Part shown: positions 39,782-53,787 of the stretch, one piece after another
How the letters are laid out: every line of letters starts with the position of its first letter
How positions within the stretch are numbered: the first letter of the stretch is position 1
Source of the DNA: Octopus vulgaris
Lineage: Eukaryota
Assembly (NCBI GenBank): GCA_951406725.2
Contig: OX597821.1
Location: 86,800,001-86,864,000, forward strand
Length of the DNA: 64,000 nt
Direction: 5' to 3'
Notes under the pieces: generated by a model
What the model was told of the DNA's origin: nothing
Database searches by the model: none
Seen by the model: the letters and a program-made list of their open reading frames with translations, nothing else
Translations under genes and position numbers: made by a program

Positions 39782-40191
39782 TCTTTTACTCTTTTACTTG
39801 TTTCAGTTATTTGACTGCGGCCATGCTGGAGCACCGCCTTTAGTCGAGCAACTCGACCCCGGGACTTATTCTTTGTAAGCCCAGTACTTATTCTATCGAG
39901 CTCTTTTGCCGAACCGCTAAGTGACGGGGACGTAAACACACCAGCATCGGTTGTCAAGCAATGCTAGGGAGACAAACACAGACACACAAACACACACACA
40001 TGCACACATATATATATATACATATATACGACAGGCTTCCTTCAGTTTCCGTCTACCAAATCCACTCACAAGGCATTGGTCGGCCCGGGGCTATAGCAGA
40101 AGACACTTGCCCAAGATGCCACGCAGTGGGACTGAACCCGGAACCATGTGGTTGGTTAGCAAGCTACTTACCACACAGCCACTCCTGCGCC
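39782..40191 (-). mobile_element. SINE family A, full length
   Basis: Near-identical reverse complement of 38262-38691. Confidence 0.9.
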
Positions 40192-40328
40192 TATGTTTGT
40201 TTATATTGTGTAAACACTACTGTAAGGTGTATTTTTTTTATACTTATAGATTGGTTTTTTATTAATTTGTTTTACTGGAAGGAGCAATGTTCTTTATCAT
40301 TACAGGCCCTATGATACTACTGATACAG

Positions 40329-40750
40329 ATACCTATTTCTTTACTACCCACAAGGGGCTAAACACAGAGGGGACGAACAAGGACAGTCATAGGTATTAAG
40401 TCGATTATATCGACCCCAGTGAGTAACTGGTACTTATTTAATCGACCCCAAAAGGATGAAAGGCAAAGTCAACCTTGGTGGAATCTGAACTCATAACGTA
40501 GCGGCAGACGAAATACCTATTTCTTTACTACCCACAAGGGGCTAAACACAGAGGGGATGAACAAGGACAGACAAACGGATTAAGTCGATTATATCGACCC
40601 CAGTGCATAACTGGTACTTAATTTATTGACTCCGAAAGGATGAAAGGCAAAGTCGACCTCGGCAGAATTTGAACTCAGAACGTAACGGCAGACGAAATAC
40701 CACTAAGCATTTCGCCCGGTATGCTAAGGTTTCTGCCAGCTCGCCGCCTT
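40329..40750 (-). mobile_element. Tandem dimer of SINE-B
   Basis: ATACCTATTTCTTTACTACCCACAAGGGGCTAAACAC occurs at ~40329 and ~40513. Confidence 0.85.
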
Positions 40751-40844
40751 AGAAATGTTAGAAACTGATACAGATACCACTAATGTTCCGTTTGAGCAGT
40801 TGCAAATCAATGACTGTAGGGAACACTCGTAACAAGAGGACATT

Positions 40845-40920
<76 letters not shown>

Positions 40921-41909
40921 ATGATGATGATGATGTTTTGGCAAGAAAGGATTGGGCATACTGGGGTCTCAAGTTTGGAAATGGATGAAAAGAGAAGAGA
41001 CAAGTTACTTAAGAGAAGATGGTGTGAGGCCTGCTAAGTTTTGAAGAACAGAGTCCATTATAGGAAGAATCCAAAAAGAAAAAAAATGCAGAGAGAGGAG
41101 ACGTGAACACTCCAATATCTGGTGGTCAGAGTCTGAAGTGTGTTTGTATATTTTAGGATGGAGAAATAAAATAATCTTTTTCTTTTTCACCAATTTATCA
41201 ATACTGAATGTTTATTTCCCACTACAGTTCAGATCCTCACATTTGTATTAAAAATGTATCCTTTAACACATTTAAGCTTTTGATATGATGCGAAGAAAAA
41301 GTTTAGTTCAAGTAATAAAATGTCCTTTTTTCTTTTTAATAAAAGCAATTTTCTTTGTGTCATCATTAAAAAGTCCCAAATATATTTCTTTGATGTAACT
41401 ATCTAAAACTGGATGATAAATCTATCTGATTCTGATTAGCTTGCCACCTCAACTTTACACCAACTACTTTGTATTAGTTTTTATAGTAATTCATTCTTAA
41501 CCCTTGATTGAATCTGGCAAAAATTGTATGTGACACAAACTAGTTGGTAAATTGTATTCATAGATTATCATTACCTTTGGGAAAGATGAGAGCATTTTGG
41601 GGTAGAGATTTCTATGGCCTGATGCTTTTCCTGTTGCCAACCCCACTAGTTTCCAAGTAAGGTAATAACCTCCCAGTTTGTTGGACAACAAACAGCCTGG
41701 ACATGTTTTATGCAAAACCCCGGTAACGAACAGCACTATTGAATAAGTCTTTTGTTTACGATGATCACAGAACATGTCAAGAATCTCAGATATATTTTTG
41801 TAGTGGACTATAAGCCAATGACACTGACAAGAAGCTGTTTATGAAACTGTGAAAACCAAGGAAATACAAGCTCACTCATACAGTCAAAGACATACATAAA
41901 TACAGATAG

Positions 41910-42233
41910 GATGGAAGCACTCCGTCGGTTACGATGACGAGGGTTCCGGTTGATCCGAATCAATGGAACAGCCTGCTCATGAAATTAACGTGTAAGTGGC
42001 TGAGCACTCCACAAACACGTGTACCCTTAACGTAGTTCTCGGGGATATTCAGCGTGACACAGAGAGTGACAAGGCCGGCCCTTTGAAATACAGGTACAAC
42101 AGAAACAGGAAGCCTCGTGGAGCTTTAGGTGTTTTCGCTCAATAAACACTCACAACGCCCGGTCTGGGAATCGAAACCGCGATCCTATGATCGCGAGTCC
42201 GCTGCCCTAACCACTGGGCCATTGCGTCTCCAC
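41910..42233 (-). mobile_element. tRNA-derived SINE (D-type head with E-type body)
   Basis: Head at 42110-42233; body shared with 28645-28790 and 59860-60170. Confidence 0.75.
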
Positions 42234-42864
42234 AAATAAAGATTATGTCATATGTAAACAAACAAGTTTATTCTAGAAGTGTTGAAATGTATTGTAGGAC
42301 AAGTAGACAGATATTATTTTTTATAACATGTAAATACTGAATGGTATATATAATGAATAAAATCCTTTTTAAGAGCAGAAAAATTTTTGCCGGCTGGTTG
42401 CTGGCAAATTTTTCTGCACTTAAAAAGGATTTTATACTTTATATATACTGTTCAGTATTTACATTTTGGAAAAAAAGTATATCTTTCTACTTGTTCTACA
42501 ATACATACATACATAAATTCATTCATTGCCATCAGTGTATCATACTAAATGTATATAAACCATTGAAAAGCATGATGCTCTGGTTTTTGTCTGAGAGGAA
42601 ATATTTTCATAGACATGTGTTAAAAATATACGGAGTGGTTGGCGTTAGGAAGGGCATCCAGCTGTAGAAACATTGCCAGATAAGACTGGAGCCTGGTGCA
42701 GCCTTCTGGCTTCCCAGATCCCCAGTCGAACCATCCAACCCATGCTAGCATGGAGAACGGACGTTAAACGATGATGATGATGATGATGATGATATATTGG
42801 AGTGAGGGGAATATTGTTGCAGCAGTGACTCATAAGAAGAGTCTTGTATATTTGTGTGTGTACA

Positions 42865-42868
42865 CATG

Positions 42869-42902
<34 letters not shown>

Positions 42903-43566
42903 TGTATGTATGTTTGTATGTATGTATGTATGTATGTATGTATGTATGTATGTATGTATGTACGTATGCATGCATGTATGTATGTATGTTTGTATGTATG
43001 TACGTATGTATGTATGTACATATGTATGTACGTATGTATGTACGTATGCATGTATGTATGTATGTTTGTATGTTTGTACGTATGTACGTATGCATGTATG
43101 TATGCATGTATGCATGCATGCATGCATGCATGTATGTATGTGTGTATGTATGTATGTGTGTGTGTGTATGTATGTATGTATGTATGTATGTATGTATGTA
43201 TGTATGTATGTATGTATGTATGTATGTATGTATGTATGTATGTGTGTGTGTGTGTATGTATATATGTTTGCATGTATGTATGTATGCATGTATGTTTGTA
43301 TGTATGTATGTATGTATGTACGTATGTTTGTATGTATGTATGTATGTATGTATGTTTGTATGTATGTATGTATGTATGTATGTTTGTATGTATGTATGTA
43401 TGTATGTATGCATGTATGCTTGTATGTATGTATGTATGTATGTATGTATGTATGTTTGTATGCATGTATGCATGCATGTATATATGTTTGTATGCATGTA
43501 TGCATGCATGTATGTATGTATGCATGCATGTATGTATGTATGTATGTATGCACGTATGTATGCATG
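42865..43566. repeat. ~700-bp compound (TATG)n microsatellite
   Basis: Directly visible. Confidence 0.97.
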
Positions 43567-43959
43567 AAGACACTTGCCCAAGGTGGCATGCAGTGGAACT
43601 GACCCCAAAACCATATGGTTGGGAAATGAACCTCTCAACACCACAGCCATGCATGCACCTTTTGTGTCCCATGTGTGTGTGTGTGTTTAATGCAATAAAT
43701 TATATTGTATAAAAAAAGAGAGGTAATGATCATAGCATTTTCAAGCTTTCTTAGGTCGAGATTGATATGACTGATATTTAACTTGAAATTCTCTTGGGCA
43801 AATACTTGTAGGTTAAGTGTGGACAGGAATTTCAAGGGTTTGTAGTTCTGGGGACAAATGATTTTAACATAGTATTTTGTAAGTTAAGCATACTGCGGGT
43901 GACAGGTGGAGAGGTGAGGAATTGAGTGGGTTTTTACTGTGATGTGAAACTGACTAGTT

Positions 43960-46640
43960 TGAAAGAAGCTGAAGTCATTGTAGTTTTTTACTTGCTGCTT
44001 CTTTAGAAAGGATTGGTGCAATTGACCTTTGTAGTCCCTAAATCTGCCAAGAACATTGAGATCAGTGAGCTTGATGGCACTAATGTCTTGTTTAAACTAT
44101 TGGAAGTCAACACCTGTAGGAAAGACATTAGCAGAGGGAAGATTCAAGAAGCCAGCATTCTGTGGTGAAAGGACTGAGTATAGTGGGTAACGTGGAGCTG
44201 GGGAAAGCAGGAAGGTTGGTGGGAGGTAGAGACATGATTAGGAAGATGTACTAGACTAGCCAGGTCTTTAGAACAGAGGCTGTTACTGCAGGAATATATA
44301 AGATAGAGAGATGCAGCACTCCAGAGAGTCAAAAAACTGGAGCAGGTCTGTTAGTGTTTTAATCGGATGAGTGGCCTTTCTTTGTGTGTAGTACCATCTC
44401 AGATGTGAGAACAATATTCCATTGTGGGCCTCATTTGAAATTTGAAGAGCACCAGCAATTGTGGGCTGAAGTATTTGGGTTGCAGTTCTGGCTGTAAAGG
44501 ACATGTTTTCACCTGTAAACATGTTCGGTGATGGTGAGGCCCAGCATTTAGAGTGAAGAATGTAAAGACTCTAGATGAGTGTTACTTATGTTTAGGGGTG
44601 TATAGCATTGATATGCTTCATACATAGTTTTTTTTCTGCTGTTAAAATAGGCATGGTTATTATGGTCCTACTGAAGAATGTTATCAAAAACTCTACTCAT
44701 GGATTTGTAGTGATATTGACATCCTCACTCTTTGAGAGACACATTAAGAATGATCTCGTTTGAGATTACGACCATCTTTGGCTAGTTTGACCCTGTTGTG
44801 TCCACTGATCTGATTGGTTAGCATCTGGCGCAGTCTGTCTCCTGACTTATTTCGCGCCAGGGTGTAAAGCCAACCAATCATGGCCTTCGGATAAGGCCTA
44901 CTTTAGATGCCCTTCTTTGAGCCAGTTTAACTCCTTAAATAGGCTAGTATTTCCACTATTCTTCGTCTTTTGGCTCCAGACCTTTTAAGGTCTAGTCACT
45001 GACCGCAGAGCTACTCAGCCATGTTCCAGTTCCAGTGACAGACGATCAGCCAGCCAACCAGCCATGCTCCTGCTTCAGCTATGACGACACTAATGTACAC
45101 CCGCAACAGAACGTTTTCTATCTCCGCCGCCGTCATCACCATCGTCGTATTTCAACTCTATGTCGTCTCCATCTCTGTCGACTTTACCAACATGTTCACA
45201 TCTACAACGATCAAGTTTAACTCACGCTGTTGTGAATCTTTCACCAAGGAAAACAGTTGCAGTCTACCTATCTGTATCAAGAGACTCGGCATGGCATGAT
45301 AGCCACAACTTCTACACATGTTGTAACCGGCTCTGCCACGTGACCCACAACATCTTGTTATAGAACTTACTATTGTGTACCTCATGAACTGGTAAACTAA
45401 CTCTACCTTTAGCTCAATATGCTGAGAACTTCTCTTATGCTCTGTATTCTGTATTTCTGTTATACGCATTCACCTTATTTTTATCTGTCGCACATACGGA
45501 CACACAGACACAAACACTATGCTAGCACATACTCAAGACATTGTAAATAAAGTCTTCTTCTCTCTCAAACAGTAGAACGGTTTGTTGTCCTCATTCATTT
45601 ATTCCTTTTGGCACTGTATTATATATTACGTATTTGGCTTCTCTTCTCTTATTCTGTTAGGGTGCGACCGTGCGGCATTCAAAAAGAAGACATTTGTCAC
45701 CAACTCCTTACATATCTCTCTTTTTTTTTCATTTTTTACTTGTTTCAGTCATTTTGACTGTGGCCATGCTGGAGCACCACCTTTAATCGAGCAACTCGAC
45801 CCCGGGACTTATTCTTTGTAAGCCCAGTACTTATTCTATCAGTCTCTTTTGCTGAACCGCTAAGTGACGAGGACATAAACACACCAGCATCGGTTGTCAA
45901 GCAATGCTAGGGGGACAAACACAGACACACAAACACATACACACACATACATATATATACATATATACGACAGGCTTCTTTCAGTTTCCGTCTACCAAAT
46001 CCACTCACAAGGCTTTGGTCGGCCCGAGGCTATAGTAGAAGACACTTGCCCAAGGTGCCACGCAGTGGGACTGAACCCGGAACCATGTGGTTGGTAAACA
46101 AGCTACTTACCACACAGCCACTCCTGCGTCTATATAGCCACTCCTGCACCTATATATGGTCATTTAACCCAACGGATTCAATGCAGGTTTGGTATGTTGT
46201 TGCCTGTAGATGATGCATATTTGGGGAAGGTCAAAGAGGAATGAAGGATCATGTCTTTTGCACTAGAGTGAATGTTGTTGGATGTGGTAGTAAGCAAGTA
46301 TTGATTTAGAGAAAGAACAGAGTGGGTGATAAATCCAAACCTTAGGGTACTCCAGAGTTGACTGAGAGTGAATCAGAAAGATTTCCATCAACACATTTTA
46401 CAATGGTACTGTCCGATACCATCACAAGAAATTTGAAATAGATGGAGTCCACATACAGATAGTTTTGATAGGAGAATTACATACTTGACATAATCAAAGG
46501 TTTTGTGAATATCTCGGGCAATAACAATACTTTCGTTGTACTTCTCTAAAAAGAGAACTTAGTGTTGAGTGACATGTGAAAGAAGTATCCTGTGGGTCTG
46601 ACTCTGTGAAAATCATACAGGTGTCATTGTTAATGGCTAT
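43960..46640 (-). mobile_element. Old degraded non-LTR RT element interrupted by an LTR-like insert and SINE-A
   Basis: Minus-strand remnants: IARDIHKTFDYV..LLSKL and SVNSGVP*G..LSPTLF (46160-46640); KFQMRPTMEYCSHI (~44400-44450). Confidence 0.6.
44706..45702 (+). mobile_element. Putative solo LTR (~1 kb)
   Basis: TG...CA ends, paired CCAAT-like boxes (~44810, ~44872), AATAAA at 45546, CpG-richer than the flanks; no TSD found. Confidence 0.4.
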
Positions 46641-47629
46641 TTCCTTACCTTAAAAATGTAGGAGTGATTGCAATAGTATGATAGTTGGCTGGATCAAAAC
46701 GATATACACCATAGAAACCGGGAAACCGGGCCCATGAACCTGGCTAGGCTTTAAAAGGGCGCATTTGTTATTATACATACTCCCTTGCCCTATCTTGATG
46801 GACTCCTGCATTTCCACCTTCCACCTCATAACCCTTAATGTCCTATTTTTACATACCGTTTTGAATTTACTTTGGATCTGCATGAGTCAATTTTACCTTT
46901 CTGCTTTCCAGTGTCGATTAAAGTACAGTACTGTTGAAAAACTATATTTTGGTGTAGTTGATAATTTCCTCAGATACCCTCAATGGTGTAGCTAGGTTGG
47001 CTGGGTACAGTCCACTCCAAGCAATGCTTTTATGAAGGAGGCATTTGTGGGTCTGCTGTATATATCTGTTTAAGCTTGTAGGCAGAAACGTTAGCACGCC
47101 GGGCGAAATGCTTAGCGGTATTTCGTCTGCGTTACGTTGTTAGTTCAAATTCTGCCGAGGTCGACTTTGCCTTTCATCCTTTCGGAGTCGATAAATTAAG
47201 TACCAGTTACGCACTGGAGTCGATGTAATCGATTTAATACCTATGTCTGTCCTTGTTTGTCCCCTCTGTGTTTAGCCCCTTGTGAGTAATAAAGAAATAG
47301 GTATGGAGAGGGGTTAACAAACTCAAAGTCTGCCCCAGGCAACAACACTCCATCTATGCCATTGCATATCCCAATCATTAATTCCAATTCATTAACTACA
47401 TATCATATTGATCTATCGATTTGTTTATTTTCTTTGTATTTTAATAATTTCTTTTAGTTTTTTCTTATTATACAAACCTTCTCAATACCCTGCTTCAGTC
47501 CTACTCTGTCACAATCTCGTATGTTTTTAATAATGTTCATCCACTCATCTTAAACTGTAATTATCAATACATCTTGCTTCTGTTTCAGAAGAGGAGTGTT
47601 GTGATAAATAAACTAGTCTCAACAAGAAT

Positions 47630-48002
47630 TTGTCTTATGAAGAAAGGCTGAAGACGCTCGACCTTTATTCTCTAGAAAACGATGACGCTGTGGTGATCTC
47701 ATTCTTGCTCACAACATCATAAGCGGAAAGTGTAACCTCTCGAAAGAGCTGTTCTTCACTCCTGCTCCAGAGCGTCGGCTGCGGGGTCACTCCGAAAAGC
47801 TCCGGGTTGCGGATCCATGGAATAAGCCGCCGGACGAGATGGTGAAGATGCCGACGACCGCTCGGTTCAAAGTCTCCCTTGACCACAAGTGGCCTGAACT
47901 CTTTACATGAACACCACCCTGTACATAACTCCATGTCCCCCTACATGGCCTTGCTTTTTGCTTTTTGAGCCAAAAATTAACCAATTAACTAACTAACTAA
48001 CT
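47630..48002 (+). mobile_element. CR1-type LINE 3' fragment
   Basis: LSYEERLKTLDLYSLE..GDLILAHNII..RLRGHSEKL..DPWNK..FKVSLD; (AACT)n tail. Confidence 0.85.
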
Positions 48003-50274
48003 ACCTACCTCTCTGCTTTCAATTTTAACTAGTTGTACCGCTCAACTCTTTCTCCTCCCTTCAACAGAATGGTACAATGCATCAATACAGCTTCATTTAT
48101 TGCAGTAGACACTACCGTTCTTGCTTTTCTCTTTCTCCTTTCATATTCTCTCTCTATTTCTTCATCCGCTTTGTTTCAGTGTTTCTCTTCACTTCTTTCT
48201 TTTCTAAATTCCTGTCAGTCTGTCTGTCATTCATTTATTCTTTCTTTCATTTTTGTCTTCATTCTTTAATTTCTGTTCTTTACTCTCTCTACCTCCCTTA
48301 TTTCATGGATTTCCTCCTCTTTTCTTTCTTCCATTTTCCAGTCATCCTTTATCCCACCCCTTCTCTTTTTCCTTTTCCTCCTTCCCTCTCCTTGTTGTTG
48401 TTTCTTCTTCTTTTACCTCAATCTACAACCACAACCAAGATGTGTCTTACCATCCTGTTCCAGGAATCTCTATCCACCACCAATTAATTATCTTTGGTTT
48501 GCCCTCACTTTCATGTTCTATGTCTCTACCAATAACTTCATAACAAGATGAATTCATAGCATTACAACAAGAATTAATTTTACACTCTCTCCCTACCTCA
48601 TCTCTTCTAGTCATTTCTTCTTATTTCTTAATGTATCTTGTAGCTCAGTAACTTCACCAGTTTTGACAAAGGAAGAGCAGTGGAACAAAAATGCTTTACT
48701 TGAAAAATAGACAGGGATTGAACTGCTATTTGGTCATTGAATACTGCCTCAATAAGTTTTTGTCCAATCTATATAAGCACATATGCTAAATACTATACTC
48801 TTTACTCTTTTACTTGCTTCAGTCATTTGACTGCGGCCATGCTGGAGCACCGCCTTTAGTCGAGCAAGTCGACCCGGGACTTATTCTTTGTAAACCCAGT
48901 ACTTATTCTATCGGTCTCTTTTGCTGAACCGCTAAGTGACGGGGACGTAAACACACCAGCATTGGTTGTCAAGCAATGCTAGGGGAACAAACACAGACAC
49001 ACAAACACATACACACATATATATACATATATACGACAGGCTTCTTTCAGTTTCCGTCTACCAAATCCACTCACAAGGCATTGGTTGGCCCAGGGCTATA
49101 GCAGAAGACACTTGCCCAAGATGCCACGCAGTGGGACTGAACCCGGAACCATGTGGTTGGTTAGCAAGCTACTTACCACACATCCACTCCTGCGCCTATG
49201 TATACATGTATTCATGGACATCATGTATACTTTCTGTGTTTTAAAATCATTTTGTTCCATGTAAAGCTGTATACTTTATATCTGTTTTTGCATCATCCCT
49301 CTCTTCCATTGCCTCGGGGGGTAAATAAAATTATCATCATCATCATCATGAAGGTGGCAAACTGATATCACACTGGGCAAAATGCATTACAGAATTTCTT
49401 CTGGCCCTTTGCAGTCTGAGTCCAAATGCTGCCAAGGTTGACTTTGTTTTTCATCCTTTCAGTATTGATAGAGTTACCATGTTGAGCATTGATGTAACTG
49501 ACTGTCTCCTTCCATGACTTAAACCATCTGCAACTTCAAGAAACTGATTGGCCAATCAGATAAACATACAAGTCAGATAGACTTCATGCCCATCAACAAA
49601 CAAAAAAAGATAAACGATGGCAAATGCTAAACCTTTGCCAGCAAGAGCTAGATGGATAACTGGTAGTTTCTCCATGATAACTTTAGATGAGTTGTAGTGC
49701 ACCTGAGCACTGTACACAATTATTATTATTATTATTATTATAACCTACTGAGGGCTACATGCCTGACCAGTAACTGGTGCAAGATTCCAGCCAGACGGGT
49801 GATATGTTGGTAGAATAGTACGATAGACAGAGCTATAGAAATAAGTTAAGAAAGACTGGAAAAAAAGGAGCAGTAAAGAACAGTATCAAGTAGCTAGAAG
49901 AGAGGTTATATATACTTAGCAAAAGGAAAAATCAAATATAAGAGGTTTGCACACGTTTTGTGATGTGAAGATCAGAGGTGTGAAGTGTTCCCATTTGTAA
50001 GGTCCTGTATAAGAAAAAAATGAAGACACTGTTGGAGAGAAGTTAATGCAGAATAATAACTTCTCTCAGATTTTTATCTTTGTCTGTCTGTCTCTTTCTC
50101 TCTCTACCACCCTCTCTGATTCTGTCTGCCTGTCTGTCTGTCTGTCTCAGTTATCTTTTTACCTCTGCATTTACATTTTCATTTTCTCCCCATTTCTTTC
50201 TTTCTCTTTAAACATTAGTTTCTTAGCCTCTCATTTTCCTTCTCTCTATCTCATTTATATCATATTTAAATCAG

Positions 50275-50805
50275 CAATGGTATGCCAGTCTAGTGGCACA
50301 AGCAGTCGGTGCCATATTGGATGAGATCTCGCGGAAGCCATTGCCATTTCTGAGACTGGAGCGAGACCTCACCTGCATCCATTTGCCATGCGCGAGATCA
50401 CAACAAGGCTGGCGATGGCAAACTGTATATAAGGGCAAAACAGAAACAGATTCTCTCTCTCTCTCCCTCCGCTTCTACGCAGCCGTGCTTGCTGAGCACA
50501 CTTCACTGGCTGGGCCTGTTTGCATGTTGTACCTCCAGAGGCAATGTACCCACACTAATGGAGATACAACTTCACGCACACAGCTCGAGATGGTTGCTGA
50601 GAGCAACACACTTCACCTGTTCTGTGAAACTTGTATATAAACCGGTTGTAAATTGCATTTGTACTTAAAGACTTCTTTCTTCACCTGCCAAAGCCTGAAC
50701 TACACGAAGAACAAGATATAATGGGAGAAGGCGATATTCTCCCGATATCATAAACCTTGCCTTCCATCATAAAATAGTGACCTCGACATGATTCGAACAC
50801 ACAAC
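50275..50805 (+). mobile_element. LTR-like segment followed by a tRNA-Trp primer-binding site
   Basis: TATATAA at 50426; end ...CCATCA at 50769; then TAGTGACCTCGACATGATTCGAACACACAAC, similar to the complement of the tRNA-Trp 3' end. Confidence 0.65.
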
Positions 50806-51162
50806 TAGTTTTGCATGTTTTCTCAAGAAGAAATAGGTAAGACATCACATTTACATTGATTAATTATTAATATTAATTACGTATATAAATAAAAGATGTT
50901 TCACTCTATCGCAACAGCTGTTGAGAACAAATAAATTATGAATGTTGAAATTCACACATTTCTGCTTTGAACTTTTTTAAATAAGTTGCTCTCAACTATT
51001 GTTTTAGCCAGTTCTACATATACATGTAAGTTTATTCCATTAATATTTAATGCACTGTAATAATCTATGTCATTTTAACAATGGGTTAATAACTAAGTTC
51101 TTAAATACTGTGCTCTTAAGCTCTTCAGTCAGTATATATTCATACATATGATGATGATGATG

Positions 51163-51309
51163 ATATATATGTACACAAATATACAGACATACATTATATA
51201 TATACATATATATATATATGCATATATATATATATACATATATATATACATATACATACATATATATATATACATACATATATATATATACATATACATA
51301 TAATATGCA

Positions 51310-51341
<32 letters not shown>

Positions 51342-51732
51342 CATATAATATGCATATACATATACATATATATATATATATATACATATAATATGCATAT
51401 ATATATACATATATACATATAATATGCATATATATATACATATATATATATACATATAATATGCATATATATATATACATATACATATAATATGCATATA
51501 TATACATATATATATACATATAATATGCATATATATACATATATATATACATATAATATGCATATATATACATATATATATACATATAATATGCATATAT
51601 ATACATATATATACATATACATATAAATATACATATATATATACACATATATACACACATATACATACATATATACACATATACATATACATATATATAT
51701 ACATATATATACATATGTATATATATATATAC

Positions 51733-51772
<40 letters not shown>

Positions 51773-51826
51773 GCATATATGTATATATATATGTATATAT
51801 ATATATATATATGTTTATATATATAT
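51163..51826. repeat. Compound TA/CATA microsatellite with an emerging ~33-40-bp higher-order unit (CATATAATATGCATATA...)
   Basis: TAATATGCAT recurs about 9 times at 51300-51600. Confidence 0.9.
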
Positions 51827-52020
51827 GGTTGACTGGCTTCATATTCTTACTTGATAGGGCTGGGATTATTCCAGGCTAGTGGTCCCAGAAAAATCATCAA
51901 CGTGTAGAGTTAACCAGGTCCACCAGCGCTCTCTATCACTGGTTGTGCTGTTCCAGCCCCTCTGCATCCTTGAAGGTGATGTCGAGCCTCTGGAGATCGT
52001 CCCCAATCACATCCAGCCAC
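51827..52020 (-). mobile_element. RTE-like LINE 3' end
   Basis: Minus frame WLDVIGDDLQRLDITFKDAE...RALVDLV; another RTE remnant (YGHVIRMS*ERIA) at ~55080-55300 (-). Confidence 0.65.
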
Positions 52021-52021
52021 A

Positions 52022-52410
52022 CAACCCAAGAAAGGATGTCAGATAATCTTTATGATCATGTAACTTCTAACTTGTGGCTGCCAAACTTTCCAAATTCAAA
52101 TCCCATGGACTACTAATTTTAGAGTGTTGTTGAAAGTGAGACTAATTGACATCCTCATAATACCATAGCTTCATTGAAGGCCACCAATTGTCTGAAATGA
52201 ATAAGGACCCTCTTGTGCAGGTGTATCAATGATTCCAGTCCTACATCGAAGCAGTCATTGAAGCTGAAGGCTAATTCATTGAATAGTCTTATGAGAAAAC
52301 TTATTGAGAGCATGTGTGCAGTTCTTTATTGAAATCCATTTGGTTTTTACCAGATTAGAGTTGCTTTATTAAATAACTAAATATGTTCTCAAATACTTCT
52401 TGCATACTGT
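52022..52410 (+). mobile_element. Tc1/mariner-superfamily (maT/DD37D-like) transposase 3' remnant
   Basis: LWLPNFPNSNPMDY*F*SVVE (similar to WPPNSPDLNPLDY)...IEAVIEAEG*FIE* ending at 52286. Confidence 0.75.
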
Positions 52411-53787
52411 GTGAGCGCATGTATATACACAAATACATATACAGACATATAAATTCACATACATATATCGTTTTATTGGACTGTGACCCCACTAAGGAAC
52501 AGTTTTGATGGGTTTAGTCGAAATAATTGACCCAAGTACTTATTCTAAGTTATATACTTATTCTATTGATTGCTTTTGCTGAACCACTAAGCTACAAAGG
52601 TGTAGTTGAGAAGACTGGTTGTCAAGCAGTGAGAGTGGGGACAAATATAAACACATGACAGGCTTTTTTTTCAGTTCTACCTGCTAACAAGGTTCTGGTT
52701 GGCCTGGGGCTATTGTAGAAAACACTTGCCTAATCAGCCATGCAATGGGATTGAACCTGGAACCACGTGGTTGAGAAGCAAACTTCTTACCACACAGCCA
52801 TGCCTGCACACACATGCATGCACGCCTATACACATATATACATATGCATATATGAACATATACATAAATATGTATATCTATTTCTTTACTACCCACAAGG
52901 GGCTAAACACAGAGAGGACAAACAAGGACAGACAAACGGATTAAGTTGATTATATTGACCCCAATGCGTAACTGGTACTTATTTAATCGAACCCGAAAGG
53001 ATGAAAGGCAAAGTTGACCTCGGTGGAATTTGAACTCAGAATGTAACTGCAGACGAAATACCACTAAGCATTTCGCCCGGTGTGCTAACAATTCTGTCAG
53101 CTCACTGCATGATAATAATACATATATATTAACATATATATCAACATACAGATACATACATATACATATATATATATATATATATACATACATACATACA
53201 CATATATATATATATGAAATGCATAAATATAACTGTACACATATATATATGTGTCCATTCATATATAAATGCATATATGGATATTTCTACATATACACAT
53301 ATGCATACATATTTATATTATATATATATATATATACAAATAAATATTATCAATATACATAGGCATACATATACCTACATTTACATAAATATATATACTT
53401 AAAATCCTAATTATTTTTTCCATGTACTAAACAGCATATTTGAATGTTTTCACATTGTCTGTAATGTTCTCAGCAAAATGCCTTCCTATAAATAAGTGTA
53501 GATTTATTCACATTATACATGCCTCTGGTATTCTGGTTTATACTATATTCCTTGTCAGTCATGAGCAACATGTGACCCATGGGACTTTCTCTTTGTGGTG
53601 TACCTGACAAAATATTACCTTAGAATTTTCTTTAATAATGTGGCCTACCTGATGATAATCCAGGTTTTAAGAGCCCTGCTTCTCAAAATAGATTGCCCAT
53701 GCCCCATGTTCAATGAACTGTAAAACCAACTAAAATATATGGAAATAAGGAAACCTCTTTATGTTTTATCATCATTATTGTTATATA

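Noticed and set aside
42645-43712. Long HTYI/MYVC/YIYI ORFs here and throughout the window
   Set aside because: These are stop-free microsatellite translations.
47575-47625. Possible HHR remnant (CAGAAGAG...AAACTAGTC)
   Set aside because: The core and stem II are too degenerate to support a call.
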